Assembly: GCA_021613535.1 (NCBI GenBank)
Contig: CP075492.1
Coordinates: 16,678,001 to 16,742,000 of the forward strand
Source of the DNA: Adineta vaga
Lineage: Eukaryota > Animalia > Rotifera
DNA: 64,000 nt
Direction: 5' to 3'
Part shown: positions 1 to 12,376 of the stretch, piece after piece
Position numbering within the stretch: the first letter of the stretch is position 1
Layout: each line of letters opens with the position of its first letter
Translations under genes and position numbers: made by a program
Notes under the pieces: generated by a model
What the model was told of the DNA's origin: nothing
Databases searched by the model: none
The model's input: only the letters and a program-made list of their open reading frames with translations

Positions 1-7
1 CACTTAC

Positions 8-1935
8 GAATGCTTCAACTTGACCTATTAGCGTTGTCCTGACTTGAGGAGTTTTTTTGATATCATAGTAATTTTTCAGAGATATGCAGAATAAATGATT
101 CATATCGAATGCATCTATTAAACCTGATGGACAATGAGTATGAATATAAATAGCCATATCGTATAGAAGCCAATATGCTACTTCACTATCGACTATTGTT
201 TGACCTTTGTGTGACCACGCATCAAAGACAAACCGAACTGTTGCTTCATATAATTGCAGAGGAGATGTTAACTGAATGCTTGTTGCTGTTGGTTTGCATA
301 GTAAAGGTAAAATGAGCGAGAGTAACATCGGATGAGACCAATTTTTTCTATCTAAGCAAAAAACTGTTTCTGTTATCCATGTTTCCATTTTTCTTTCTTC
401 CAATCTGATACTTTCTATATTCATACTGTCCAAAGTAGTATTATGATGAGAACTATATTGAGCATGAATAAGCCAATGTTTGACAAATGCCTGAACTTCG
501 TCTTCATTCATTGATTCCAACGTGAATAGTGACGAGAGTTTACCCTTTATAGGATATAGATAGTATCCAGTAATTCTTGACGTAATGATCACTTGATTTC
601 CGCCAACAAATTTTGGCTGTTGACAATTTAAGCCACCCCATTCATCGATAGTTTCGTGTCGTCGTTTACCGAAATATGTTCCGGAGTGTATATGTATTCT
701 TCTATGAATGTTTCAATAACACGCACAATGTTCTTTCGTTCTGAATAATTCGCTACTTCATCAAGACCATCAAAAAGTAGAAGAGAATGTCCATGATATA
801 TGAAATCGCATAAAAATTTCCTATCTTCAACTTCTTGTTTTATATAATAACTTTTGAACCAAGTATGTTCCTTTACATAATCAATAATTTTCGATGATGG
901 ATGAACTTCCAACCATGTGATCAATTCTCCTATACGAATTAGTATAGGCAATCGTAATAAATATTTATTACAAAAAATTGATGACTCTGGTTGATCTGGT
1001 TTTTGAGAGTTTGAATTAAAAACATCTTCTTGTTGCGAAAGAGAACGTGTAAATTGCAACAAAATCCATCGGAGTAAAGTCGTCTTTCCACACCCTGGAT
1101 CACCTAAAACTATAGCCCATCGAAACGTTTTTAGGAAATCCTCACAACTGAGGTTGCTTTTCGAACTAATGTATGTCTCTTTTTGTGAAGGTATGAAAGG
1201 AGCTGATATGTTTTGTTCTACTTCAGCTAAAGATGATAGATTTGATACCACAAGAGTAGATGCTGACAGATGTAAAGGTATATCAATTGTTCTGACTGAT
1301 GCATGTTTTTCTTTCGTTACTTTTCTTTCTTCATTTTCACTGTCGACATCAAAGTTTTGCACAGGTACAGTGGAATGAAAAGAAATACATTTTGCCAAGT
1401 ATTCAGCAAGAAGCACATGGTATTGTTTACATAATTCACGTAAAGTTTTTCGCGGACCATGTATGGCTTCGAATTGTTTATTTCTTCGATCGAGTTCGTC
1501 CTCATACTGTTTCACACGCTGGTGTTTTAAACAGATCGGATCGTTACTGTCCGGAGCATATTCCCATTCCAGTGGAATATTTCGACATTCATCGTAGAAA
1601 TGTTCCCATGGATCAATTAAATAATTTCTTATCATATCATCATCGATCTCTGGTTCAGTCGAACGCTTGATTTCATCGGGCATACCGCATATTGTTCTGT
1701 CAACACGACGAAGAAAAGAATGTGTCCATTCATCTTGAAACTCTGATTGACTGTAATTGGTTAGCCACTGCACTGCTTTAAACACTTGAACGAAAGCTAA
1801 TTTATCATAAGTATTGTCAAGACCAATAGTATCCTCATCCAAAGGCCATAGAATATCTTCCTTCCGAGGATCTCGATATAAAGCTGCACAGACACGTCCT
1901 TCAAACGATTCTAAGCGTTGAAGCATGTTCATCAT
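8..1935 (-). CDS. NACHT/STAND NTPase protein (3' part continues beyond the window start)
   Basis: Walker A GDPGCGKTT, LPILIRI and Walker B LLLFDGLDEV are in ORF 628..1935. The NACHT continuation (PKFVGGNQVIITSRITGY...SHPMLLSLI...LLYDMAIYIH) is read in another frame from about 616 down to 8. The two parts join either by a 53-nt GT..AG intron (669..617) or by a frameshift. A GTAAGT donor starts at position 7. Confidence 0.85.
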
Positions 1936-2082
1936 CTTCTTTTACAAGTATTTCTTTCTTCCATTCGGTTGTTATATCCAAAATGAAGCAAGTGTGTTTT
2001 TTTTTCATTTTTCTGTCAACAGAAAGGAATTTATTGACATAAGAAAAAGAGTCTTAAAAGAAAAACTACGAGAAAATAAATA

Positions 2083-2142
2083 TTGAGGGTGTGGATTGGT
2101 GAGGGTGGGAATATATTCTCTCGACTCTCACCCACACCCTAA
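2083..2142. repeat. Telomere-like palindromic element, copy 1
   Basis: AGGGTGTGG (2086-2094) pairs with CCACACCCT (2132-2140); about 35 bp past the stop of the 2177..2815 gene. Confidence 0.85.
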
Positions 2143-2176
2143 AATATTTTATCGTATCAAGAATGATAACATATTT

Positions 2177-2815
2177 TCAGTTAAAGTTCAGCTCAATATT
2201 ACGAGAGTTCTTTGTTAACGTAACTACCGGTTGAGGACCTTGACCATTTAAATCCTTAATAACATCCATTCTCATTTGATAATAATCAGGTATTGTTGAT
2301 CCATACGGATAAATTTGAGAATGTGTATTCAACAGTGTTTTTCCTAAAACATAATATTCTGGACGATTTGGGAGTTGGGTTGTTTCTAAAAAATAACAGC
2401 AAACAAGTTTTTGATTAACATCATAAACTGACCATTGATACAATTTCATTAAGAAGGGATTGCATTGATAAAATGGAGTAGGGTGAAAATATTCATCTGC
2501 ATCAATATGATATGAACCAACATCAAATGCATCTCTAGCAAAACAAGTAACAATTTCTGGCCATAAATTTCCTAAAGAATTCTTTGTATGTTTTAATTTT
2601 GATATAATACGTTCAACATTTTCATGATCTTCAATAGTTTGTTTATCAGTAGTCGTAGATTTTGAAAGTTCAATCATATATTCTGCACTAACATTAAAAA
2701 TTAATAATATATTTTGTAATAATTCAATAGTAAATGTTTGAAATGTTTGTTTCCATTCTTCACACGCTTCATCCATAATACATAAAAGAAATTCTACATG
2801 AATTATTGATGACAT
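2177..2815 (-). CDS. Hypothetical protein, 212 aa
   Basis: Uninterrupted ATG-to-stop ORF with globular-protein composition; no motif recognised. Confidence 0.65.
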   Translation of the reverse strand: MSSIIHVEFLLCIMDEACEEWKQTFQTFTIELLQNILLIFNVSAEYMIELSKSTTTDKQTIEDHENVERIISKLKHTKNSLGNLWPEIVTCFARDAFDVGSYHIDADEYFHPTPFYQCNPFLMKLYQWSVYDVNQKLVCCYFLETTQLPNRPEYYVLGKTLLNTHSQIYPYGSTIPDYYQMRMDVIKDLNGQGPQPVVTLTKNSRNIELNFN

Positions 2816-3047
2816 TATGAATTTGTTTTAATGAAACTAAAATTTCTAAATTGAAATACGTAAAATATAAAGAATAGTTCAAATTAGTCATTTTTATATG
2901 ACAAAACTCTAACCGGAAAAGTCTTGTAAATCTAAGATTGATGGAACAAAAAAGGAAAGAAGAAAACCAACCACAAATAATAAATAAAGTTAGTGCCATA
3001 GCACGGCATCTGTTGATATTCTTAAACGAATAATTCTTCGTATGGTA

Positions 3048-3103
3048 TGAGGGCGTGGTTGTAAATATGGATATATATCCTTTCCTTACCCTCATTCACA
3101 CCC
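3048..3103. repeat. Telomere-like palindromic element, copy 2 (degenerate)
   Basis: TGAGGGCGTGGTTGT ... CCCTCATTCACACCC. Confidence 0.55.
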
Positions 3104-3352
3104 ATCCAAAGAAGTAAGAAGCCGGAATCCCTGTTATGGGCTTTTATTTTCCGGTAACATTCGTTTTGGGTATTCCGGAATTGATGGAAAGCTATTCCGA
3201 GTGGGAAGACAGTGCAGAAATGTGTAACTTTTGCGAATAGATAGTATTCTCTTCCGAAAAGCACCTATAGAATCGTTTTTTATGCAATTAGGTTTTTCTC
3301 TTATTGATATATGTAGATTGTCTAAATGGCAAAAAGTAAAAGAAAATTTCTA

Positions 3353-3772
3353 CTACATCGATTGTTGAGCTTTCTTAATAAGTTCATCCAATATTTGTCG
3401 GTATTTCGTTGAAGGTTGATGTGTATCAGAAGTAGTAACAGGTTTGCCATGTCCGAAGGCTTTATCGGCAAGTGAATAAGCATATTGAAAATATTTCAAT
3501 ACTAAATCAGGTTTATTATCTTCTAATAATTTTTTTCCATAATCAATTAAAACATTACTCATATCGCGACCAAGTCTTATCAACAAGTCTGTTTGATGAT
3601 CAAACATTTGTAGTTCTAATTCATCATTAATACATTCGATACTCCATTCACGTACCGCACAAACCAGATTATCAATTGAATCTGGTGGGACAGCCACTGT
3701 TTTTGCTAGATTTATTTGAAATCTTCTTCTCAATGATCGATTATTAGTTTGGAAACGAATATTCGCATCAAG
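3353..3772 (-). CDS. Terminal exon of an unknown helical (TPR-like) protein; upstream exons unresolved or degraded
   Basis: A TATTTAG acceptor at 3773 opens LDANIRFQTNNRSLRRRF... in frame with ORF 3353..3733. LKYFQYAYSLADKAFG is TPR-like. Confidence 0.45.
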   Translation of the reverse strand, partial: LDANIRFQTNNRSLRRRFQINLAKTVAVPPDSIDNLVCAVREWSIECINDELELQMFDHQTDLLIRLGRDMSNVLIDYGKKLLEDNKPDLVLKYFQYAYSLADKAFGHGKPVTTSDTHQPSTKYRQILDELIKKAQQSM

Positions 3773-4542
3773 CTAAATAATAGCATATCCATCACTGAAT
3801 ACTATTTCTGCCGAAATTTTTCGAATTGAATTGTTTATTCAATGAATAATTCGTACAAAAGAAATGGCGATAAAATATTTTTCTTCTTTAGTTTCCTTTG
3901 GAGAATTTTTTACATTGATTTATTCATTTCTTCGATACAGTTTGTCTGAAATCGGCAAGAATGGTATAAAGATGCATAATCGTATTGCATCGATAAATAC
4001 ATTTAGATTTCTTACAATACAGAAAAGAGCGTATCATAATTATGGATGACATTTGCGTAATTCGATTTTTTGACTTATGAAAATATATAACTGATGATTG
4101 CGTTTTATCAAAAATATTGATCAAAGGAAGTAGATAAGAACGATTAATCGATATGTCTCATCATGTTGATTTACATTGACTTTTTGGACAGAGACTCGCA
4201 AAAAAACAAGCAACGAAGTAAGCTATTTGAAATTTGATTTCATCGGTAATAAAGGTTACGTCAAAAATCAGTCACATAGATATCTGATTTTTGCTTTTCT
4301 CGTCCGTTTTGCTTCAATAAGCTAAATATCTGAGTACATAAATGGTTTAATTAACGGTTGGAAAAATATCAAGCATCTTCAGCTACTTCCTTTCGAAACA
4401 ATTATAAATATACGCATGTTGCGCGAGGGTTAATTGCTTGTTTTTTAAAACTATCTCTCTGTCACATACAAACTATTTGAAACACAGATAGATATCAAAA
4501 CTTCAAGTGATCAAAACATATTCCTGCAAGCAAAGATCTACA

Positions 4543-5370
4543 ATGTATATGAATCCTGGAATGTACTCCCAAAACTACTACTATCCTAGTTACAATGATC
4601 AGCTTAGAAAAGGATTGTATGGAGACCAAATGAATTCGAATTATGCTAATTCATGGCCGTCATACTATGCTCCAAATCAGCAACTACTCTACAACAATGG
4701 CATGTATATGCAAAACGCCGGATACTATCCTAGCGTAGATGGTTGGCGATTTAATATGAGTGGTTTAGACAGTAAGCCTGCAAATGGTATCGGTCGTACA
4801 AATCTGGAAGCAAGAGGAGGTAGATTATTAGAATTTATTATTAACTAAAGAAATTTTATCGCGAGAAGAAAAGAGAGAAAGTGCAAGTAAATCATTATTC
4901 TCCCATGAAGTATGCAGACATGTCTTTCTTTCTACTTGGCGTAGTATATGATAGGGAAAATAAACAATATTTCGAAAATATTTTCAGATGAGTAAGAACG
5001 ATCATTTTGCTTTGTTGATATAAGTTAGCAAGAATACTTTATTTAAGGAAACAATCGCCTTCCGCCTGGACGCATGCCTATGAATATGAGAACGCGTCGT
5101 GGAAACAATCAGGTTGGACCGATGATAGGTTTGATTCCTGGCATGATTGGTCCTGTACTTCGTGGTGCGATGGGAGGAGCTCGACCCTTAATTGGAGGAG
5201 TTGTCCGAGCTGGAATGAATAATGCTCTTCCTCGAGGTGGTGGTGGTGGTTTTAATTTGGGAGGAGTGTTCGAAAATTTACGTGATATCGCTGGTGGTGG
5301 GGGTGGTGGTGGTTTCGGAGATATGATCGGTGGTGGCTTGGGAGATATAGATATTGGTGGATTCATTTAA
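4543..5370 (+). CDS. Low-complexity protein: Y/N/Q/M-rich N-terminal half and Gly-rich C-terminal half (2 exons)
   Basis: ATG at 4543. A phase-1 intron 4820..5047 (GTAGAT...TTTAAG) joins ...LEARG to GNNRLPPGRMPMNMR... of ORF 5074..5370 in frame. Confidence 0.6.
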
Positions 5371-5953
5371 TATGATTTAACGCTGTTTCTTATTATCTTT
5401 TATGCTCCAATGTTAATTTCAATGGTCCATACCATGAAATTTATGTACTCTATTTTTGTTTTCCTCAATTACCTTATTTTTCTATTTTTCGTTCATTGAA
5501 ATTATTTATAGACTTTCTTTCCTATTGAGGAAGACGTTAATCTGCTTCGTTGAAGAATACTTTAGTTAGTTTATTTTCGTTTTATGATAAATAATCAGTA
5601 TATTCAATGTTTTCATAAATTCTCACATAATTAATTACCGGTCACAATTATGATTTGATTTCGTTGATTTTTTTCATCGTATTATACATTAGCATTTAGT
5701 TGAATGAAAATATTTTGTTCGCTCTATATGTTACAAAAATGCATTATATACCTTGAAAATTACGTTCGTTATGTACAAGGTGAATATACGTAAGATTTTA
5801 TCGTTTCTCATATTTATCGATTTGTTTTTTCGTTTCATTCTGTGTCATTATTTATATCTCAATGGTTCTACTTATGCTATCAAAATACAATAAAAACGAA
5901 ATACGTGTAAAAACAAAAGCATTGTTTTTATCATCGTAGATCAAATCACCATC

Positions 5954-6013
5954 TCGAGAGTGTGGCTGTGGCTGTGGGTTTACATCTTATTCTTATCCAT
6001 CAACACCCTCAAG
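5954..6013. repeat. Telomere-like palindromic element, copy 3
   Basis: GAGAGTGTGGCTGTGGCTGTGGG ... CAACACCCTCAAG. Confidence 0.7.
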
Positions 6014-6656
6014 ATATAATTTAAATCACTATACTTGATAATAGTTGAAAGCGATAGAAACAAACATAAAACTATTATCCATTTATGGTTGAAAATTTCA
6101 GTTATGACTCAATTGTTTTTAAAGATTGTAGATGCAAGATGGCTCTAAATCCAACAAATGTATCAGAAACGACGTCTTTATCATATCACTCGCCTGTTAT
6201 GATTCAATCGAATAAAGATTAGTTATTCATTTGAAATATCTTAGAATGTGACACGTCAGAAGGCCACGTACACACGCAAACGACTAAAACTCGATGGATC
6301 GAAGCACTGACAGAGATTCACTATGGTAGAGATTTTCCCATTCATTCACGATATTTTTAAAAGCTTTTAGGCTCCCGTTCAATATTTCAAACTTGTTTGG
6401 AGTCGGACTCCATATTTAGAAAACATTTTTTCTTCAGAGCCAGATTCAGACTCAGGCGTATGTATTGATTCGAATCTATCCTACGGTTTCTACAATTGAC
6501 AATGTCATGTGCACTTTCTACCTCAAATTTGCGTATACAGATGCCCCTCTGAAGTGTTGTGCGCGATAATATGAGAATAGTCATATTTTTTATCAGATCA
6601 TTTTTATTTGTATAAATTATCAAATGATATGATTTTCTTACTCTTTCTAAAAAAAT

Positions 6657-6697
6657 TGAGGGTGTGAGTCAGACTATACTTTTCACCCACACCCTCA
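6657..6697. repeat. Telomere-like palindromic element, copy 4
   Basis: Perfect 10-bp inverted repeat TGAGGGTGTG (6657-6666) / CACACCCTCA (6688-6697); about 60 bp past the stop at 6760. Confidence 0.9.
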
Positions 6698-6759
6698 TAC
6701 AAAAGGATGTCTGTCTGTTTTCTTAACACAGTTTTCCTTTCTCTCATAGATATCAATTT

Positions 6760-9336
6760 TTAATTTATTGGTATAACTTGAGTTGTTCGACGACGATTAC
6801 CAAAATGTTGACGTGTTTTCCAATAAATATTTAAACTATGCCAAGCAAATAATTTTAATCCAACAGTTAATCCACCATATAAACCAAGAAATGTTGTTAT
6901 TGTATATAAAATATTATTTCTTTCAACATGATTATATTCACATGAAGATGGTGAACAAGATGAATAATAATTCGAATAATTACTTGAATTTTGCCATGTT
7001 TCAACAAATAATTTATCGATCAATTCACCCAATGTTACAGATAATAATGGATTAAAACGAGTTGGTACAGATTGATTAAGAACATTTGGAAATTTAGTTG
7101 TTATATTGAAAAACTGAGCTAATTCATTTAAACATGTCGAATTATAAAAACATTCAAGTGTCGATTGACGAAGACCATCAATAGGTAAACAACCAAAAAC
7201 TATACCTACAAATATAAGAATATATAAATCTAGAAATTTTATTTAAATATATATATATATCTTACCTGGTATTCATATTGTTTGATTAAAAATTGTCAAT
7301 TGAGATCTGAAACATTGTGATGGTGATGTTGTACATAAACAAGATTGATTACTTTCATTAAACCATATAGGAAATGTTTCTATTATATTCCCCATTTGTT
7401 CATTTGATACAAAAGATTGCCAATTTAAATAAAATCTATGTTGTAATTGATTTGCATGAAACATATCAGTGATATAACGATGTATCCATTGAAATTGGGT
7501 CAATGTTTGAACAATGAAATCATCAACAGTTGAATCAATTTGTCTTTGAAATGAAGAATATGTTAATGTTTTAAGAGTAATAAATTGTTTTGTTGAAAAT
7601 GTTTCAATATTTTGTTTAATTATATTTCTTGTCAATGTACAAAATGATGATAAAGCATTAAAAAAACCACTTAGCGTTTTCCTATCATAGTTAAGTGTAT
7701 ATTCTGTTATGTCTTCCGTACCCCAAAGTATTGTAATAAAATCCAATGATATGAAGTTAGATGAACAAATTTGATGATAAGTTAATGATTGAATAGAAAC
7801 AAATGTTGAATATGAAATTGCAATGTTTGAACATGAACATGTTAATGTTGATGAATATTATTGAGATAATTGTTGATAAGTATCGAATGAAGGATTCTTT
7901 ATGATTACTGTATGAATTTGTGTTGAAATGAATGAATAAAAGATTAAAATAATTAAACCAACAGTTAAAAATAAAATATAAAAACGTGTTGAATAAATTC
8001 CATCTTTAATATCATTGGATAATGGAAACATATTATATGTTAGAACTTGTTGAAAAATAGTTCCATGAATGATTCTAAGACGATTTTTTAAAGCTAGAAA
8101 ATTTGAACAAAAAACTATAAATAAGAAGAAATAAAATCGTTCTTTTACTTTGATTTTCATTTCTTGGAATATTTATTATTGTTTGATTTCTACGAGAAAT
8201 TGATTTTTTTATTTTTCGTATTAATCGAATATTTATTGGTATAGAAAGAAATAAAATGACTTTTAATCCACCAAATAAACTAAATAAAGTAACAATAATG
8301 TATAATAGATTAAATGATTGAGTAAATGAATATGTGCACAATTTTGGAGAACAGATTTCATAATATTTGCTAAAATTATAAATTTCATTCCATGATTCAA
8401 TGAATAAATTATTTAATAAATCATTGATCGATGTTTCTGTCGAGTATCGAGATAATTTCAATGGTGAAAGTAAAGAAAATTCTGGAATAAATTTTTGAAG
8501 AGAATCCAAACATGATTGATCATAAAAACATTCAAATGTCGAAGTTAATAATGATTGATATGGATAACAACCAACTCGTGTATTTGGTAAAATAAACATC
8601 ACATGTGGATCATTATTCGTCGTATCAAATATCGAACTACCACCGATTCCTATTCGTCCAGTATCATTATAAATATAAGCTGGATATGTACATTTATCAT
8701 CTCTTCTACAAGTACAAGAACTCGATCCAGTTCCATACTGATTTGTTAGAACAGTAGTAACATCTGAGATTGATCGCATATAGAAATTACTACGTAATCC
8801 GGAAAGAATTCTATTATAAAAAGTATTGAACCAAATAAAATCATTGATATGTTTATAAGCAGTTATTGTATTTTGTTGAAATTGATTAATAAGTGTTGAT
8901 ATTTGACTTTGAAAGTTGTCAGAAGATAAAACTTGAATTGTGATTAAATATTGAGAAGAAAATTTTTGTAAAACATTGTCGATTTTTTCTTTTATCATTC
9001 GACAAAATATTTCAAGAAATTGAATATGTGATGAAATCATAAGACGATAATCGACTGGCCAATATTTACTGATACTTCTTTAGTTAATGATAAAAGAAAT
9101 GTTTGACGATATTTAATTGAAAGTTGGTTAAAAACATCTTCTGATGGTAAATCAATTGTGACAAGATTTGTTTGACCAATAAAACTAGTAGATAGAACTA
9201 TTATTAGAATTGAAAAGAATAAGAAAAGAGTGAATAATCTGGTTGAAATTAATTGATCCGTTTGTGATAAATTTTCATTTTCTGTATAGAGATTAAACTT
9301 TTTAATAAAATCACCGAGTTTTCTTACTCGATCCAT
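6760..9336 (-). pseudogene. Disabled membrane protein with two tandem TM/Cys-rich ectodomain/TM units
   Basis: The same motifs occur twice (STR-TM1, GCxP..STxECFY..C, FIESW/FVETW, YYxxCSPxxCxY, GGL-TM2). Lesions: frameshift with loss of the CxC...CSS block near 9040-9100, in-frame TAA at 7858-7860, in-frame TGA at 7273-7275. Introns near 8100-8150 and 7208-7265. Confidence 0.8.
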
Positions 9337-9709
9337 GGATATTTGGTTTTTTTATAATATAAAATAAAAGAAAAAAAAACTAAGAATATTTCTATTGTTA
9401 GGATTCGAGAATATTCTTTCCGAGATAGAAATTCATCTATTTAATTGTGTTTTTATTGAAATGTAAAAATAATTAGATTTTTATTTGTTTTAACGTTAAT
9501 AATTAATTATTTCATTTCTTATTTGCTCGAATTGTGAAGAAAATTAATTTTATATTTTAATAATTTATCTATATTAATGTCAGTTTATATTTTACATATG
9601 TAAAATGTTCTCAAAATGTATTTTGTTCACTGTTTTTCATGCAGTCCTTGACATATTTATACTCACAAAAAAAGAGTGTTTAAAAAAATCGAAGTCAAAT
9701 GACGACAGA

Positions 9710-11974
9710 TTAAAGAGCAGCAATTCCACCATATGTTGCTAAAACAAAGACATGATCATTATTTTGAGCAACAGCCAAATGTACATGAGATAAATGTGTA
9801 TAATCAAGAAACGAAAATTGATCAAATTTCACTGATGGGTATCCGCATTGACACGATGCATGGTTAAATCCTTGTATTTCTTTGGTTAATTTTTCAATAT
9901 TGACCTGATAAAGTGAAATGGGATTTTCTTGTGGAACTGATTTCTGAAGTGTACGAATACAGTCGCGTAAAAGAGAATCGTAACGTATATTCGATAATGC
10001 ATCATCTGGCAAACGTTCAACAGTTAATTGATGAGTATCAAAATCAAATATAAGATGATTGTAAATCTTAATCAAATCGTGAACTTTACTTATTTGATAA
10101 TCACACATACCACAATCACATAAATCACGAGCAACATGATCTTTTGCCAATAACATTCGAAATAGACTAGTACCGGATTGTTTTTCTGTTTGGTTTAACA
10201 AATTTTCTCGGTAACCTAGAATATCATCGCTAGCACAGCCCTCTTGACGGTAGCTGTATGTATAAGCACTCGGACAGTCGTCAACAAGTTTTTCCGTTCG
10301 ATCTTTAAGTGCGTGTCTTCGTTGCCAACCTAGAATATCTTGTTCATTAAAAGAATTTTTACATTCTCCTTCAGCATCTTCTCTAGTCGAGAAAGGCCAC
10401 TGAGGATCTTTTAATGTAAAATGAAGACACGGTAAAAGATCTTGTCCAATAAATTGTGATTGATGTCGATTTGTCATATATGTTCGATCAACACTTGAAT
10501 TTAAATCCATTGTTGGTTGACATCTATTTTCATCAATTCGTTTAACTCGATATAAAGAACCATAACAATTTCTATTATAAAATGCATCGGCTAATAATTT
10601 CTCCATATCGACCTCAGATACTTCTTGAGTATTTCTATCATATCGAACAATATATGTTGTTGAATCTTTCTGATGTCCTAATAGAAAGAAAGCATAAACA
10701 GCTGCAACACGACAACATTCGTTGATATGTTTATAGAAAAATTGAGCATCAGAAAACTGAAATAATGTTCGACTGCCATATTTTGCATGAATTGTAGGAA
10801 GAAATTTTGGTCGAAATGGATCTGTTTCTCTAGACTGCTTATCTTGAGCTTCCCAAACAAGTTTTAATAATTGAAATTGTGGATAAGCAAAAACTAAATT
10901 TCGAATATCTTGTTCATGAATAAATTTAAATATATGAAGCCAAATTTCTGGTGGAAATTGATCAATCAATGATGGTTCTTGTTTATCAATTGACTTATTC
11001 AATTTTAATTCAAGTAATCGTGGATAACAATATCGAATCGATAATGATCGTTCATATAATTCTCCTGTATCAGTTAGATTTTTAAATTGCTTAGAAACTT
11101 GACAATCTTCTAATTCATTTTGTTGTGCTTCACGAAAAAAATTTAAACATCCAAAATAATCTTCTTCTTCTTCTGGACAAACTGCAAATCCTAATGATTT
11201 TTCATTTCGTTTCACTAATATATCAGTTCGTAATACAAATCGTTGAATTGTATCATTCACTAGTTCAGGTGCTAGTGCTTCATGTAATAAATTATGTGTA
11301 AAGAGAACAGCATAACCTTTCTTTGGTTTGAATATAATACATTCATATCCATGTTCTAATCCATTATAAGCATTTATTTCTTCTTTTATTGTTAATCCTT
11401 TAATATTCGTTTTTGGGGATATTTTTGGAAAATAAAATTTTGTTTCACCTTTTTCATAGTTATCAGTTAAATAGATTAATAAACTAAATAATGATCGTTC
11501 ATCTCCACTTGGTGCATATTGAGCGTCTTTATGAGGTGTAAAATATTCGTCTCTATTATATTTATTTAATCTCATTGCTGTATTAATACCACTCATTTGC
11601 CAATTACCTTGAACATTGAAACCTAATGGTTTTGTATTTTCAACAAGTTTTGCTAATTTATTATCGAAATTCAAACGTTGCCAAAGTGTTTCAGCTAATT
11701 GATCATCCGTTACTATTAATCTGGAATTATTTCTCTGTTTAGTATTATATTTATTCGACATATTCTCAAATATTTCTCGATCCATATTAGTTACAATTTC
11801 ATCACATTCATTTGAAGACACGAAATTTTCTACTTCAATTAACATCAGATCATCTTGATGTTTAATTGTATTGATTTTGATATTATCGTTGATTTTTGTT
11901 GATGTATCATAATTTGTTAATAATGAAGCGGTAGTACCCAAATCAATATTACCCAGGAATTGATGTCGCGACAT
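9710..11974 (-). CDS. 2OG-Fe(II) oxygenase (prolyl-4-hydroxylase-like) fused to an F-box and an unknown C-terminal domain; intronless
   Basis: RLNKY...FTPHKDAQY (HxD), SLLIYL...GETKF, LLHEA (distal His), R in RFVLRTD; F-box-like LIDQFPPEIWLHIFKFIHEQDIRNL. Confidence 0.85.
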   Translation of the reverse strand: MSRHQFLGNIDLGTTASLLTNYDTSTKINDNIKINTIKHQDDLMLIEVENFVSSNECDEIVTNMDREIFENMSNKYNTKQRNNSRLIVTDDQLAETLWQRLNFDNKLAKLVENTKPLGFNVQGNWQMSGINTAMRLNKYNRDEYFTPHKDAQYAPSGDERSLFSLLIYLTDNYEKGETKFYFPKISPKTNIKGLTIKEEINAYNGLEHGYECIIFKPKKGYAVLFTHNLLHEALAPELVNDTIQRFVLRTDILVKRNEKSLGFAVCPEEEEDYFGCLNFFREAQQNELEDCQVSKQFKNLTDTGELYERSLSIRYCYPRLLELKLNKSIDKQEPSLIDQFPPEIWLHIFKFIHEQDIRNLVFAYPQFQLLKLVWEAQDKQSRETDPFRPKFLPTIHAKYGSRTLFQFSDAQFFYKHINECCRVAAVYAFFLLGHQKDSTTYIVRYDRNTQEVSEVDMEKLLADAFYNRNCYGSLYRVKRIDENRCQPTMDLNSSVDRTYMTNRHQSQFIGQDLLPCLHFTLKDPQWPFSTREDAEGECKNSFNEQDILGWQRRHALKDRTEKLVDDCPSAYTYSYRQEGCASDDILGYRENLLNQTEKQSGTSLFRMLLAKDHVARDLCDCGMCDYQISKVHDLIKIYNHLIFDFDTHQLTVERLPDDALSNIRYDSLLRDCIRTLQKSVPQENPISLYQVNIEKLTKEIQGFNHASCQCGYPSVKFDQFSFLDYTHLSHVHLAVAQNNDHVFVLATYGGIAAL

Positions 11975-12177
11975 AAATTTGTTTTTAAAACGATTTTATT
12001 TTTATCAAAAAATTGGTGTAATAGTAATTTTCTAATTCGGTCTGAGCAAATTTTGTTATTTGTGTATTGAATTATATGGACAATATATTGCACAATCAGT
12101 TGAGCAATTCGTTGCTACTCGACTTGTGTCATGATGAGAAGCGAATGTGGTAAGTTGTCCGCAGATGTCAGTAAATT

Positions 12178-12229
12178 ATGGGTGTGGGTGTGTGAATACA
12201 AGAGACCCTTATCCGCACCCACAGCCTCA
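12178..12229. repeat. Telomere-like palindromic element, copy 5
   Basis: ATGGGTGTGGGTGTGTG ... CCGCACCCACAGCCTCA; about 150 bp past the serpin stop. Confidence 0.8.
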
Positions 12230-12376
12230 CATCGAAGTTAAGATAATCAAATGGGGAAAATGTTTTATTTTTGTAAAGAATAAAACAAAAATCAAGAAGG
12301 ATAATTTTTTCTATTTTAAATCAATTCAAATATAGTGCGCGGGAATATTATCATTGTTTTATATATAAGTCTCGTG

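Noticed and set aside
5109-5366. Pro-rich minus-strand ORF
   Set aside because: Antisense shadow of the Gly-rich plus-strand exon.
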